Of a DNA stretch of 64,000 nucleotides, positions 37,982-51,548 are shown piece after piece. The stretch lies in assembly GCF_963921235.1 (NCBI RefSeq), contig NC_086097.1, positions 248,250,001 to 248,314,000 of the forward strand. The letters are read 5' to 3'. The translations under genes were made by a program, and so were the position numbers. The notes under the pieces are model-generated. The model made no database searches and had not been told where the DNA came from. It saw only the letters and a list, made by a program, of their open reading frames with translations. Positions within the stretch are counted from its first letter, which is position 1. Each line of letters starts with the position of its first letter. Origin of the DNA: Mobula hypostoma (taxonomy: Eukaryota).

Positions 37982-38490
37982 CATAGGACCATAAGAGATA
38001 GGAGCAGAAGCAGGCCATTCGGCCCATTGAGTCTGCTCTGCCATTCATTCATGGGCTGATCCAATTCTTCCAGTCATCCCCACACCCCTGCCTTCTCCCC
38101 ATACCCTTTCATGCCCTGGGTTAATCAAGAACCTATCTATCTCTGCCTTAAATGTACCCAATGACTTGGCCTCCACAGCCGCCCGTGGCAACAGATTTAC
38201 CACCCTCTGACTAAAGTAATTTCTCCACAGCTCTGTTCTAAATGGACGTCCTTCAATCCTGAAGTTGTGTCCTCCTGTCCTAGACTCCCCTACCATGGGA
38301 AATAACTTGCCATATCTAATCTGTTCAGGCCTTTTAACATTTGGAATGTTTCTATGAAATCCCCTTTCATTCTCCTGAACTCCAGGGAATACAGCCCAAG
38401 AGCTGTCAGACGTTCCTCATATGGTAACCCTTTCATTCCTGGAATCATTCTCGTGAATCTTCTCTGAACCCTCTCGAATGTCAGTATATG
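37982..38490 (-). mobile_element. CR1 3' fragment starting about 20 nt downstream of the exon 5 donor
   Basis: Minus ORF GESRTGGHNFRIEGRPFRTE...QRVVNL. Confidence 0.85.
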
Positions 38491-38541
38491 TAATCATTCA
38501 ACGCCGGTGACCTCCTCCGAAAGTCTCCACATCACTCAGAG

Positions 38542-38779
38542 CAACACACATCAAAGTTGCTGGTGAGCGCAGCAGGCCAGGCAGCATCTCTAGGAAGAGG
38601 TGCAGTTGACGTTTCAGGCCGAGACCCTACGTCAGGACTAACTGAAAGATCTCGGCCTGAAAAGTCGACTGTACCTCTTCCTAGAGATGCTGCCTGGCCT
38701 GCTGCGTTCACCAGCAACTTTGATATGTGTTGCTTGAATTTCCAGCATTTGCAGAATTCCTTGTGTTTGCGTTTTTAAA
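38542..38779. mobile_element. Fold-back Penelope-derived insertion with TSD
   Basis: Arms at about 38542-38625 and 38650-38733 are reverse complements; TSD tcactcagag at 38532-38541 and 38782-38791. Confidence 0.85.
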
Positions 38780-39052
38780 TGTCACTCAGAGGGTGATTTT
38801 GTCCTCAGACACTGTTGTGGATAAGATGATAGTGATCGGCTTCTCCTTGGATTCTTGTCCTAGTAATTATCAAGCTGACACAGATGAAAACTGGGAGATT
38901 TACATCAGGGAACTAATTAGATATTGCCTATTTTACAGGACATGCCAAAGTGAAATAGCTCTTACTAAGTCTTTAACGATTTGTATCCTGAGATTAAGTA
39001 TATACCTGCACTATCTCAAAGTGCAGTGTAAATTTATTATCAAAGCATATCT

Positions 39053-39768
39053 ATACTTTGTGGCCACTTTATTAGGTAGACCTGCTCATTAATACACCTG
39101 GCCTTATCTATCATCTTCCTGCTAGCCTCCTTCCCCTCCTCAAACCTCTCCATTCTGGCATCTTGCCTGTTCCTTCTCAGTCTTGAAGAATAGTCTTGGC
39201 CTGAAATGTCAACTATCTACTCATTTCCATAGATGCAGCCTGACCTGCTGAGTTTATTCAGTATTTTGTCTGTGTTGCTCTGGGTTTCCAGCATCTGCCG
39301 ACTTCCTCATATTTGTCATTAATGTAAATATATAATCAGCCAATCATACGGCAGCAACTCAATGCAGTCATGGTCAAGAGGTTCAGTTGTTGTTCAGCCC
39401 AAACATCAGAAAGGGAGAAAAATGTGATCTAAGTGACTTTGGCCGTGGAATGAATGTTGGTGCCAGATGGAGTGGTTTGAGTATCTCAGAAACCGCTGAT
39501 CTCCTGGGATTTTCATGCACAACAGTCTCTAGAGTTTACAGAGAATGGTGGCCATTCTGAAGAAAAATGCCTTGTTAATGAGAGAGATTGGATCTGTTCA
39601 GGTTGACAGGAAGGTGACAGTAACTCAAATGACCATGTGTTACAACAGTGGTGTGCAGAAGAACATCTCTGAACATGTATCATGTCAACCTTGAAACGGA
39701 TGGGCCACAGCAGCAGAAGACCACACCGGTTTCCACTCCTTTACCTAATGACATGGTCACTTGGTGTA
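39053..39768 (+). mobile_element. Tc1-like non-autonomous DNA transposon remnant with a nested Penelope fragment (about 39094-39315)
   Basis: TIR-like gtggccactttattaggta / tacctaatgacatggtcac; transposase N-terminus-like DLSDFGRGMNVGAR. Confidence 0.7.
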
Positions 39769-41827
39769 CGGCTGCCACAACCTCAAACTTCAAAGTAAAT
39801 TTATTATCAAAGCATATGTATGTTAACATTCACAACCTTAATGTTTGTTTTCCTGCAGGCATTTACAGGAAAAATAAAGGTCACAATAAAATTTATGAAA
39901 AACTGTACATAAACAAAGACTGACAACACAATCAGTGAGCATAAGAAGACAAAACTGTGCAAATAAAATAAACAAGATTGAGAACATGAGTTGTAGTGTC
40001 CTGGAAAGTGAATCTGTAGGTCACAGAAACAGTTCAGAGTTGTGGGAAGTGAAGTTAGCCATTCTCCAAACACCACTTTATGCAGAGAACATCTCCTACC
40101 ACCAGCTACCATCTTCTGTCCACCAACCAGCAGCTCCATCCCAATCACTGTTTACCCACAACAGAACATAGGAAAATGGAAGCAGCCAACAGCCACCCCA
40201 AAGACTCTGCAGCTCAGGTTCTCAGCTTTGTTTGTTTGTTTACATACTTATTTATTTATAATTATTATTTGTAGGAGCCGTGTATTCTGTGCTGTGCATT
40301 TATTATGGTAACTAGTCACATGAGTGAAGGCATGGTAAAAGCAAAGGGAATCAGTTACGTATTCATCCTTATTTCGTGGCAGTCCGTAGCTTGGGACCAG
40401 CAGAGGTTGTACCTTTGTTGACCGTCGAGATAATGCTCAATAACGCTTAATTGTATGTTTGCTAATTGCTAATAAAGGATCGGAATAGGGAACTTGACTC
40501 TTTAGAGCAATCATAAGACCTTAAGACATAGAGGCAGAATTAGGCCATTTGGCCCATCGAGTCTGCTCCACCATTCTATCACGACTGATCCCGGATCCCA
40601 CTCAACCCCATACACCTGCCTTCTCCAAATATCCTTTGATGCCCTGATTGATCAGGAAAAGAGCAACTTCCACCTTAAATACACCCATGGACTTGGCCTC
40701 CACCACAGTCTGTGGCAGAGCATTGGTGCAATGGCTGTGTCATGCAAGTACAACAACTCCGTCTGAGGTCACAGGCAGGCAGAAATTTGTTTGGTTTTAT
40801 TTTGTATCAGTTTTTGCAGCTACATTACTATTTTTTTCGTATTTGCACAGTTCGCCTTTTGCACATTGGTTGCATAATAGTCTCTAATTATGTTTAGTTT
40901 TTCATTGATCCTACTGTATTTCTCTGTGAATGCCGACAGGAACATGAACTCAGGGTAGTATATGGTGACATTTGTTTGTGTTGTATGACATGGGAGAACA
41001 TGGTCTTTCTATGACCATGATTGTTCTTGGCAAACTTTTCTACAGAAGTGGTTTGCCATTGGCTTCTGGCAGCGTGTCTTTACGAGATGAGTGGCCTCAG
41101 CCATTATCAATACTTTTAAGAGATTGGCTACCTGGCATCAGTGGTCGCATAACCAGGACTTGTGATCTGCACCAGCTGCTCATACGACCATCCACCACCT
41201 GCTCCTATGGCTCCACGTGACCCTGATCGGGGAGGGGGGTGGGTGGGGAGCTAAGCGGGTGCTACACCTTGCCCGAGGGTGACTTGCGGACTAGTGGAGG
41301 GAATGGGCACCTTATACCTCCTTTGGTAGTGACATATCTCCACACCACCACTCAATACAATATATGTATTTGATAATGAATTTGCTTTGAACCTTGAACC
41401 TGGCCTCTCAATCCTTTCCTACCCTGCCATTCGGTACGAACATGGTTAACCTTCCCCAGGACTTAAAGCCTCTCCGTGTGTGTAGGTTCCACATAGCTTC
41501 AGTTAAGCAATCTTTTGAAGCAACTTCTTAGTTAAGTACATCCAGTCATTGACCTTAGCAACACTATGGGGTAGAGAATTCCAGAGATTCACCATCACCT
41601 CTGAGAACTTCCTACACACCTTGGCTGTTCCTTATCTTGTAACTTTGTCTAACCAGCAACTCCAATACCCCCAACCACCACTGCCCTCCACTTTTAAACC
41701 TCCTTCCCCTTCAAAATCACAGTCATAAAGTTGCACAGCAGAGAAAGATGCCATTCAGTCTATCATCCATGCCAACCACCAAATACATATCTTACAGGTT
41801 AATTTGTAAGTAGTTTCTAACCCTAAA

Positions 41828-42495
41828 GGTTAATTTGCAGGTTGAGTCAGTGGTGAGAAAGGCAAATGTGATGTCAGCATTCGTTTTGAGAGGACTAGAA
41901 TATAAAAACAAGGATGTAATGTTGAGACGTCATAAAGCACTAGTGAGGCCTCACTTGGAGTATTGTGAGCAGCTTTGGGCCACACGTCTAAGAAAGGATG
42001 TGTTGATATTGCAGAGGGTTCAAAGGAGGTGACCAGAATGTTTCTGGGAATGAAGGGCTTGTGATATGAGTAGCATTTGATGGTTCTGGGCCTGTACTCC
42101 CTGGAATTCAGGAAAATGAGAGGTGGCTTCATTGAAACCCATCAAATCGTAAAAGGTCTCGATAGAGTGGATGTGGAGAGAATGTTTCCTATAGTGGGGG
42201 AGTCTAGGACCAGAGGACCCAGCCTCAGAATAGAGGGACATCCATTTAAAACAAAGATGAGATGAAATTTCCTAGTCAGAGAGTGGTAAATCTGCGGAAT
42301 TCATTGCCACAGGCAGTAGTGGAGGCCAAGACATTGGGTATATTTACAGTAGAGGACAATAGGTTCTTGATGAGTCAGGGTGTGAAAGGTTAAAAGGAGA
42401 AGACAGGAGAGGGAAATGGATCAGCCATGATTGAATGGTGGAGCGGACTTGATTGGCCAAATGGTCTAATTCTGCTCTGATATTATGGTGTTACA
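41828..42495 (+). mobile_element. CR1 3' fragment
   Basis: QVESVVRKAN...RPHLEYCEQLW; GLYSLEFR. Confidence 0.85.
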
Positions 42496-42989
42496 TGGAT
42501 CCTAAATGGTTCTTCCGTAATCCTATTAACTATCCCCATCTTCTCCACCCACCTCCCCAACCTATACATTATTATACCAGTATAGGATTCACATCTTGTG
42601 CTGGCATAGGTCAGATCCACATTTCCAGAACAAGAACCTGGAAACAGCTGTTATCCTGTTTCATTCCATGCAAAGTGGCCGTTCATTCAGGTAGTGTTGT
42701 AATGTCCAGTTTTATACCTGATATCGATGGTACGTCTTCCCAAACTGGTCTGACTCTAGTCATAATTGAAACGCTGCTGTTCTGTCCTTGGCCCCACAGA
42801 TCAATGTTTAACAACCGATCAAAGTGAAATAGCGGATCTTCGATCTAATCTGTAAATCCATTGGCTAAAGTATTTTTCACCAAGGTCTGGCTTCCTTCAA
42901 GCTTTAGGGAATAGCTTTTACCCTGAGAGAAAATGGTTAATATAAGGAGACATAATTTTCGGGTGATTGGAGGAAAGTATAGGGAGAAT

Positions 42990-45900
42990 CAAATCAGTAG
43001 AAAGATGTGCCATAGGATTGGACGATGTCGAATCCTTGTGGGTTGAGTTAAGGGTAAAAGGACCCTGATAGCAGTTATATACAGGCCTCTCGTGTCATGG
43101 TCCAGTCCGTGAAATCTGCATTCCGGTTCACGGTCAGGTCCATCGACCCTTGCTCCAGGTTTTCCTGTATACCCTGTGTCTGTTCCTGTTGAGTACTAAT
43201 TGAGGCAGCTGATGCTCGTTGGGGCTGGCTGCATAAATACCTCCAGAGACCAGGGTGTGGCTGCTGGATTGTTCTTGTCCTTACTCCTTGTATCCTTTCC
43301 TCTGCTTTCTGTTTCCTTGCCTGAAGCCTTGCTTTGTTTTGCCGGTAACTCTCACCTCGCCTAGCCTGAAGTCTTGTCTTGGAGCCACCCTGAACCTAGC
43401 TCCCTTCCTGTCCCTTGCCTCCGTCAGGTAAGCCAGGCCAGATTGCCGTTACCCTGCGGTGGGTTCTGTCCCTTCCTGTCCCTTGCCTCCGTCAGGTGGA
43501 GATCCGCACCCTGCCCAGGGGGAGCTTCAAGACCCCAAGCCTCTAGCCAAGCCTCGCCTGCAGTCCCTAGTCCCCAGCCTCGTCCGGCCTGCCAGCCAAG
43601 TCACGTCTTTGCCTAGTTCTGGGGTCCGAGCCAGAGGCAAGCCGGGGCTCCTAGCTCTCTTGTCCAGTCCTGTTCCAGGTTTCTGGTTTTCGAGTCCACG
43701 TCCTGGCCCTCACCCTGTATTCTAGTCCTGTCCCTAGTACCTCAGTGTCTGTGTCTTGCACTTGGGTCCGTTCCCAGCCACCACCTTATGACATCCCAAT
43801 AGCAGTTGGGATATGGACCACAGATTACAACAGGAAATAAAAAAGGTGTGTCAAAAGGGCAATTTCACGAGAGATTTCAGCATGCAGGTCAATTGGGAAA
43901 ATCAGACTGGTAATGGATCTCAAGAGAGTGAGTTTGTTGAATACCTAAGAGATAGATTTTTAGAGCAGTTTGTCGTTGAGCCTGCTAGAGGAACAGCAAC
44001 ACTGGATTGAATGTTATGTAGTGAACCGGAGTTGATTAGAGAGCTTAAGGTAAAACCCTCAGGAGGCAGTGATCACAATATGATTGAGTTCAACTTGAAA
44101 TTTGATAGAGAGAAAGTGAAGTCTGGCGTAGCAGTATTTCAGTGGAGTAAAGGAGATTACAGTGGCATGAGAAAGGAGTTGGCAGGGATGACTGCAGAGC
44201 AGAAATAGCATGAGTTTTGGGGAAAATTGAAAAAGCTGCAGAAAAGATGTATTCCAAAAACGAAGATATACTCAAATGGTAAAATAGTACAACCGCGGCT
44301 GACAAGGGAAGTCAAAGCTAAATAAAAGCAAAAGGGACGGTATACAACAAAGCAAAAATAACTGGGAAGATCAAGGATTGGGAAGGTTTTTAAAAAACTA
44401 CAGAAAGCAACTGAAAGAATCGTTGGGGAAAAAGATGAAGCATGAAAGCAAGTTAGCAACAATATCAAAGTAGGTAGTAAAAGCTTTTATTCAAGTATGT
44501 AAAAAACAAAAGATGTAAGTGTGGATATAAGACTGCTAGAAAATGAGGCCAGAGAAATAATAACAGGGGGCCAAGGAGATAGCAGATGAACTAAATGAGT
44601 ATTTTATATCAGTCTTCACTGTGGAGGACACTAGCACTGTGCCAGCTTTTGAAGAGTGTGAAGGAAGAGAAGTGAGTGCAGTTACTGTTACAAGGGAGAA
44701 GGAGCTCTAAAAGCTGAATGACCTAAGGGTACACAAGTCACTCGGACCAGATGAATTACACCCTAGGGTTCTGAAAGAGGTAGTGGTAGAGATTGCGGAG
44801 GCATTAGCCATGATCTTTCAAAAATCATTGGACTCTGGCATGGTGCCAGAGGACTGGAAAACTGCAAATGTTACTCCACTCTTTAAAAGAGGAAGACAGC
44901 AGAAAGGAAATTATAGACCAATTAGCCTCACCTCAGTGGTTGGGAAGGTGTTGGAGTCAATTATTAAGGATAAGATTATGGAGTACTTGGTGATCCAGGA
45001 CAAGATAGGACATGGGTTACTTAAGGGAAAATCTTGTCTGATAAACCTGTTGCAATTCTTTGAGGAGATTACAAGTAGGATAGATAAAGGGGATGCAGTG
45101 GATGTTGTATTTTTGGACTTTCAGAAGGCCTTTGACAAGGTTCCACACATGATGCTGCTTACCAAGTTAAGAACCCAAGGTACTACAGGAAAATTACTGG
45201 CATGGTTAGAACATTGGCTGATTGGTAGGAGGCAGTGAGTGGGAATAAAAGGATCCTTGTCTGGTTGGCTGCCAGTGACTAGTGGTGTTCTGCAGGGGTC
45301 GGTTTTGGGGCCACTTCTTTTTATGCCATATATAAATGATTTAGATGATGAAAAAGATGGTTTTGTTGCCAAGTTTGCAGATGATACGAAGATTGGTGGG
45401 GGAGCAGGTAGTGTTGAGGAAACAGGTTGGATGCAGAAGGACTTAGACAGATTAGGAGAATGGGCAAGAAAGTGGCAAATGAAATACAATGTTGGAAATG
45501 CACGGTCATGCACTTTATTGGTGGAAATAAATGTGCAGACTATTTTCTAAATGGGGAGAAAATCCAAAAATCTGAGATGCAAAGGGACTTGGGAGTCTTT
45601 GTGCTGAACACCCTAAAGGTTAACTTGCAGGTCGAGTCAGCGATGAGGAAGGCAAATGCAATGTTAACATTCATTTCAAGAGGTTGAGAATTCAAGAGCA
45701 AGGATGTGATGCTGAGGCTCAATAAGGCACTGGTGAGGCCTCACCTTGAGTATTGGAACAGGTTTGGGCCCCTCATCTTAGAAAGGATGTGCTGACATTG
45801 GAGAGGGTCCAGAGGAGGTTCACAAGGATGATTCCAGGAATGAAAGGTTTATCATACGAGGAATGTTTGATGGTTCTTGGTCTGTACTCACTAGAATTTA

Positions 45901-45990
45901 GAAGGATTGGGGGGCAGATTTCAAGCTTTATGAAGGTTGAAAGGCTTGGACAGAGCGGATGCCTAATTCTGCTTCTATGTGGTATGGTCT
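42990..45990 (+). mobile_element. CR1 ORF2 remnant interrupted by a solo LTR
   Basis: The YRPPNS codons are split at 43092/43794; SDHNM, GNYRPISLTSVV, DFQKAFD, FADDTK. Confidence 0.9.
43093..43793. mobile_element. Solo LTR (Gypsy-like), 701 bp
   Basis: TGTCAT...ATGACA inverted termini; TATA-like gcataaata near 43231; flanks tctcg / tccca (a decayed 5-bp TSD is possible); the host CR1 frame resumes exactly after it. Confidence 0.8.
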
Positions 45991-46189
45991 TATGGTCTTA
46001 TGGAATGTCAGAGACAAGTTTTCAGAAAGGAAAATTGTGAATGCGTGGAACACACCGCCAGGTGTGGTGGTGGAGACACATACATTAGAAGCTTTTAACA
46101 AGCTCTTAGAGAGGCACATGGACGATAGAAAAATGTAGGTAGTCTCGGAAGGAAGGGTTTGATTGACCTTAGACTAGGATTAAATGGTA

Positions 46190-46495
46190 GAGCGCTACAG
46201 TGACATAGTGGTTAGTGAGATGCTATTCCAGCTCGGGGTGTTGGAGTTCATGAGTTCAATTCCGGCGCCACCCTGTAAAGAGTCTCTGTACCTTCTCCCC
46301 GTAGAGTGTGTGGGCTTTCGCCGGTTCCTCCAGTGTCCTCCCACAGTCCAAAGGCATGCGCAGTAGGTTAATTGGTCGTTATAAATTGTCCTGTAATTAG
46401 GTTTGGGTTAATGGGGTTTGTCGGTAGGTGCTGGGGCAGCACGGCTCGAAGGTCCCGAAGGGCAACTCCACGCTGTATCTCTAAATAAATAAAAT
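46190..46495 (+). mobile_element. HE1/V-SINE-like tRNA SINE (other copies at about 2025-2260, 8940-9245, 49085-49295, 55415-55720 minus, 58825-59070)
   Basis: tagtggttag A box, gagttcaattcc B box, cctcccacagtccaaag core, ggttaattggtc...taaattgtcc, (AATA)n tail. Confidence 0.75.
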
Positions 46496-46871
46496 AGAAA
46501 GTCTGCACAATATTGTGGGCCAAAGGGCCTATACTCTGCCTCAGTGTTTTGTGTTCGATGTTCTAATCCTCCGGGGGTGATGTATCTTTTATTAAGATTG
46601 TGACACCACGCCGGTTTCGGTTTGCGTTCTACACCCACATTGTCCACTTTGCATGTCTTGCCAAGTGTGAGTTAATGGAGCTTGCGATATTTCACTGCCA
46701 TACATCAGCTCTGAAGGGTGCTACACTGTTGGCACTCTCTTGTTCTGAATGAATCATTGAGTCAATCGAGCTTGCAGTGCTTCCAGCTACTCAGTCACTG
46801 GCCAACACTCATCTTTCTGAAGCACTCTAAAACAAAGTGAATCGTTACTCATCTTCACAAGCGCAGCAATG

Positions 46872-47400
46872 TCTGCAGATGCTGGAAATCCAAAGCGACA
46901 TACACACACACACACAAAATGCTGGAGGCACTCAGCAGGTTAGGCAGCATCCGAGGAAACAAACAGTCGATGTTTTGGGCTGAGACCCTTCATCACGACT
47001 GGAAAGGAAGGGGGAGGGCGCCAGAGTGAAAAGGTGGGGGGAGGGACAGAGAATCACTCGAAGGTAATAGGAGAAGCCAGGTGGGTGGGAATAGGAAAGT
47101 GCTGGTGGAATCTTCTAGGAGAGGAGAGTGGACCATAGGATAAGGAGGAGGGGACCCAGGGGGAGGTGATAGGCAGGTGAGAAGAGGTAAAAGGCCAGAG
47201 TGGGGAACAGAAAACATTTTACTAGAATAAAAAATGAAAATCATGCCATCAGGTTGGAGGTTATCCAACAGAATAAAGATGTTGTTCCTCCACCCTGAGG
47301 GTGGCCTCATCACAAAAGTAGAGGAGGCCGTGGACTGAGAACTGTCAGAATGGGATTCGGAATTAAAACGTTTGGCCTCTGGGAAGTTCCGCTCTTCTTG
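46872..47400 (-). mobile_element. Penelope-like element 3' fragment: end of the GIY-YIG ORF plus pLTR with hammerhead motif
   Basis: Minus translation FNSESHS...LQPDGM resembles the PLE endonuclease C-terminus; downstream ccagtcgtgatgaagggtctcagcccaaaacatcgactg. Confidence 0.7.
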
Positions 47401-48219
47401 TTTGCTGTTTTGCAAATCTGCGTGCCTTCATAACAACGTTCTTGCATTTCAAAATGACATTCGGCATGAACTACCCAGTAAATGGTAGAACAGAGGGATC
47501 TAGGAATACAGGTCCATAATTCCTTGAAAGTGGTGTCACAGGTAGATAGGGTCATAAAGAAAACTCGTGGTATATTGGCCTTCATAGATCAGGATGTTGA
47601 GTGCAGGAGATGGGATGTTATGTTGAAGTTGTAGAGGACATTGGTGAGGCCTCATTTGGAATATTGTGTGCGGTTCTGGTCTCCTACCGACAGGAAAGAT
47701 GAAAATAAGATTGAAAGAGTGAAAAGAAAGTTTACAAGGATTTTGCCATTATTTGAGGGCCTGAGTTATATGGAAAGGTTGAATAAATTAGGACTTTATT
47801 CTCTGGTGTGCAGAAGAAATTATTACCCCTGAACCATCAGGCTCCTTAACCAGTGGGACGACTTCACTCAAGGTCACGTGCCCACGACTGAACTGTTTCC
47901 ACAATCTATGGACTCATTTTCAAGGACTCTACAAAGTAAAGTTCAAAGTAAATTTTTTTTATCAAAGTACACATATGTCACCATATACAACCCTGAGATT
48001 AATTTTCCTGCAGGCATATTCAACAAATCTATAGAATAGTAACTGTAAACAGGATCAATGAAAGATCAACCAGAGTGCAGAAAACAACAAACTATGCAAG
48101 TGCAAATATAAATAAATAGCAATAAATAAGGAGAACATGAAATAACAAGATAAAGAGTCTTTAAAGTGAGATCATTGGTTGTGGGAATATCTCAATGGAT
48201 GGGCAAGTGTAGTTATGAT

Positions 48220-48840
48220 ATGATTAGGATTATGAGGACACACAGTCCCCTTTTATTGTCATTTAGTAATGCATGCATTAATAAATGACACAATGTTTTT
48301 CCAGAATGATATCACAGAAACACATGACAAACTGACTTAAAAACTAACAAAATCCACAAAATTATAACATATAGTTACAACAGTGCAAAGCAATACCGTA
48401 ATTTGATAAGAACAGACCATGGCACAGTAAAAGTCTCAAGTCTCTCGAAAGTCCCATCATCTCACGCAGACGGTGAACCTCCAGCGCCGCCAACTTGCCG
48501 ATGCAGCATCCCAGAAGCATCTGACCACAGTCCGACTCCGAGTCCGTCCGAAAAACACCGAGCACCGAGCACCATCTCTGCCAAGCGCTTCAACCCCGGA
48601 CCCGGCAACAGGTGATTCGCAAAGCCGAGGATTTGGGGCCTTCGTCTCCGCAGATTCTCGATCGCACAGTAGCAGCGGCAGTGAGGCAGGCATTTCAGAA
48701 GTTACTCCAGATGTTCCTCTGCGCTTCTCACAGCTGTCTCCATCAAATCCGGATTGTGCGCAGCCCCCTACTTAACACATATCGATATTCATTTGGAACG
48801 GCTGCGTGCGCTGCATTGCACCGCCATCTTCCCCTCCTCA
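48220..48840 (-). mobile_element. Non-autonomous retroelement (5' UTR plus 3' UTR, no ORF)
   Basis: Minus 5' end gaggaggggaagatggcgg (YY1-like), 3' aataaaaggggactg...cctcataatc tail; flanks tagttat / taattat. Confidence 0.6.
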
Positions 48841-49734
48841 ATAATTATCCCCTTTTGTTCGAAAGCCAGATGGTTGAGGGGTAGTAACTGTTCTTGAACC
48901 TGGTGGAGTGAGTCCTGAGGGACTTGACCCTTCTATGTGAAGGTAGTAGCAAGGAAGTATCATAGCCTGGGTAGGAAGGATCTCTGATGATTGATGCTAC
49001 TTTCCTATGACAGCAGTATCCATCTCATCTCGCATTTATTATTTATTACCACTATTATTATTTTTAATATTTCGTATTTGTTCTCGAAGTCGGGAGTTCA
49101 ATTCTGGCATCTCTCTAAGATAGTTTGTGTGTTCCTACGGGTGTTCAGGTTTGCTCCCCCAGTCCAAAGCTGCAGCGGTTTGTAAGTTATTGTAATATTG
49201 TCCTGTTATTAAGTCGGTGGGTTGCTGGCTGCCAAGACTTGCTGGGCTGGCTCGGGCTGGCTCGGCCTACCCTGTGCTGTATCTCTAAATAAATAAAACC
49301 CAGGTCCCTGGTGGGTGTTCAGGGATCCTGATGAAAGAACACGGACTCCGGGAAATGTGAGAATCAGAGCCCCAGTGGGTGGATGGGGAGCCTGAGAACC
49401 AGGGTCCTGGTGAATGAATGGGAAATATAGGCAAGATTAACTGGTGAGCAAGGTGCCAAACCATCAGGATTTCCAGGATAATTTCACTGTGGTTAGGTTT
49501 TCTGGTCTGTTTTTATTGAAGTCCCCCCTCCTCACAATATCCCAGCAACTTTGATTCCCCAACCAGAATTGCTTTTAGAACCATAGAACACTACAGCACA
49601 GAAAACAGGCCATTCGACCCTTCTAGTCTGTGCCAAAATCGATTTCTGGCCAATAGATAATCCTAAGGTACAGTAATCAGATTTCTATTAGCAGAGTTAT
49701 CACTGTGCACAAGCTTCCTTCTGCTTTCCTAAAG

Positions 49735-50513
49735 GAAAAATGGAAGAGCGGATTATTACTTAAATGGTAAAAAGATTGCAGCATGCTGCTGGGCACAGAG
49801 ACTTCGGAGTGCTTGTGCATGAATCACAAAAGGTTGGTTTGCAGATGCAGCAGGTTATCAAGAAGGCAAATAGAATGTTGACCTTCACTGCTAGAGGGAT
49901 TGAATTTAAGAGCAGGGAGGTTATGCTGAAACTGTACATGGTACTGGTGAGGCTGCACCTGGAGTACTGCATGCAGTTCTGGTCTCCTAGGATGTACTGG
50001 CTTTGGAGACAATGCAGAGGAAGTTCATCAGGTTGATTCCAGAGATGAGGGGGTCAGACTCTGAGGAGAGATTGAGTCGCCTGGGACTGTACTCACTGGA
50101 AGTCAGAAGAATAAGAGGAGATCTTATAGAAGAATATAAAATTATGGAAGATATAGGTAAGATATAGGCAGGAAAGTTGTTTCCACTGGTAGGTGAGACT
50201 AGAACCAGGGGACATACCTCAAGATTCAAGGGAGTAGATTTAAGACTGAGGTGAGGAGGAACTGCTTTTCCAAGAGAGTGGTGAATCTGTGGAATTCTTG
50301 GCCCAAATGAAGCAGTGGAGGCTACCTCAGTAAATATATTTAAGACAAGGTTGCATAGATTTTCACACAGTGGGGGATTTATAGGTTATGGGGAAAAGGC
50401 AGGTAGGTGGAGATGAGTCCATGGCCAGATCAGCCATGATCTTATTGAATGACGGAACAGGCTCGGTGGGCCAAATGGCCGACTCCTGCTCCTATTTCTT
50501 AAGTTCTTATGTT
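49735..50513 (+). mobile_element. CR1 3' fragment
   Basis: QQVIKKANRML...HLEYCMQFWSP; ttcttatgtt tail. Confidence 0.85.
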
Positions 50514-51440
50514 CATTAAATTAATCACTAGCTTTTGTATTTAGTTCAGGATTATGAAGTGTTTTGCCATCTCCTGAGGCCATGAAAGGCTTTCTCCCCC
50601 TCCACGACTTGCTGCTTGTGGTGTTCTGTGTTGTTCTGCTGTGCATCGTGGCCAGGCTACGTTGGTGCCAGGGTTTTGGCGACACTGGCGGACTACCCCC
50701 AGCGCGTCCTTCGGTTGTGTTGGATGTTCACGTGGTAAACAAATCTGAATCTTATCGAAGTGTAGGCAGTAACATTGAACTAACTGGGTTGAGTGAGCTA
50801 GGGCTTATCCCTTTGGAGCGAAGGAGGATGAGAGGTGACTTGACAGAGATGTTCAAGATGATAAGAGGCATAGATAGAGTGGACGGCCAGAGATCCTTTC
50901 CCAGGGCAGAAATAGCTAATATCAGGGGTGTAATTTTAAGGTGACTGGAGGAAGGTACAGGAGGGGTGTCAGAGGTTAGTTTTCTTACACGGTGAATGCT
51001 GCGTGTGTGGAATGCCCTGCCAGGGATGGTGGTAGAGCTGGATACATTAGGGACATTTTAAAAGCTCTTAGATAGGCACGCGGATGATAGAAAAATGGAG
51101 TCATAATGCAAGGGATTCTGCAGATCAGTAGGTCAGACAACAAGGAGAGGAATAAACAGACGGCCTTTTGAGCTGGGACCCTTCATCAGGACTAGTCTAT
51201 GTAGGAGGGAAGGGTTAGATTGATCTTAAAGTAGGTTAAAAGGTTGGCTAATCACTGTGGGCCGAAGGGCCTGTAATGTGCTGTTATGTTCTATGTTCTA
51301 CGACTTCTCATGTCAAGCACACTCGATGGTTCTTCTCGTCGGTGGCCCAATGATACATCTCATGTCACGGTCAGGTGCAAGCTGCACTATCTGTGTGATG
51401 ATTTTTGGTGTTAATAACGGTTCTGTTCTCACTCAACCAG

Positions 51441-51548
51441 ACTCGAATCGCAAAGCGCAGCAGGAAACTTGTTGACTACGACTGTGCACGACATCACTTG
51501 GAGTCCTTGCAGCACTCGAAGAGAAGAGACGACAGCAAGCTCGTCAAG
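51441..51548 (+). CDS. AMPH: Amphiphysin exon 6: [36 protein letters not shown]
   Basis: caaccag acceptor, gtaggg donor; 108 nt, phase 0-0; BAR motif [13 protein letters not shown]. Confidence 0.95.
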
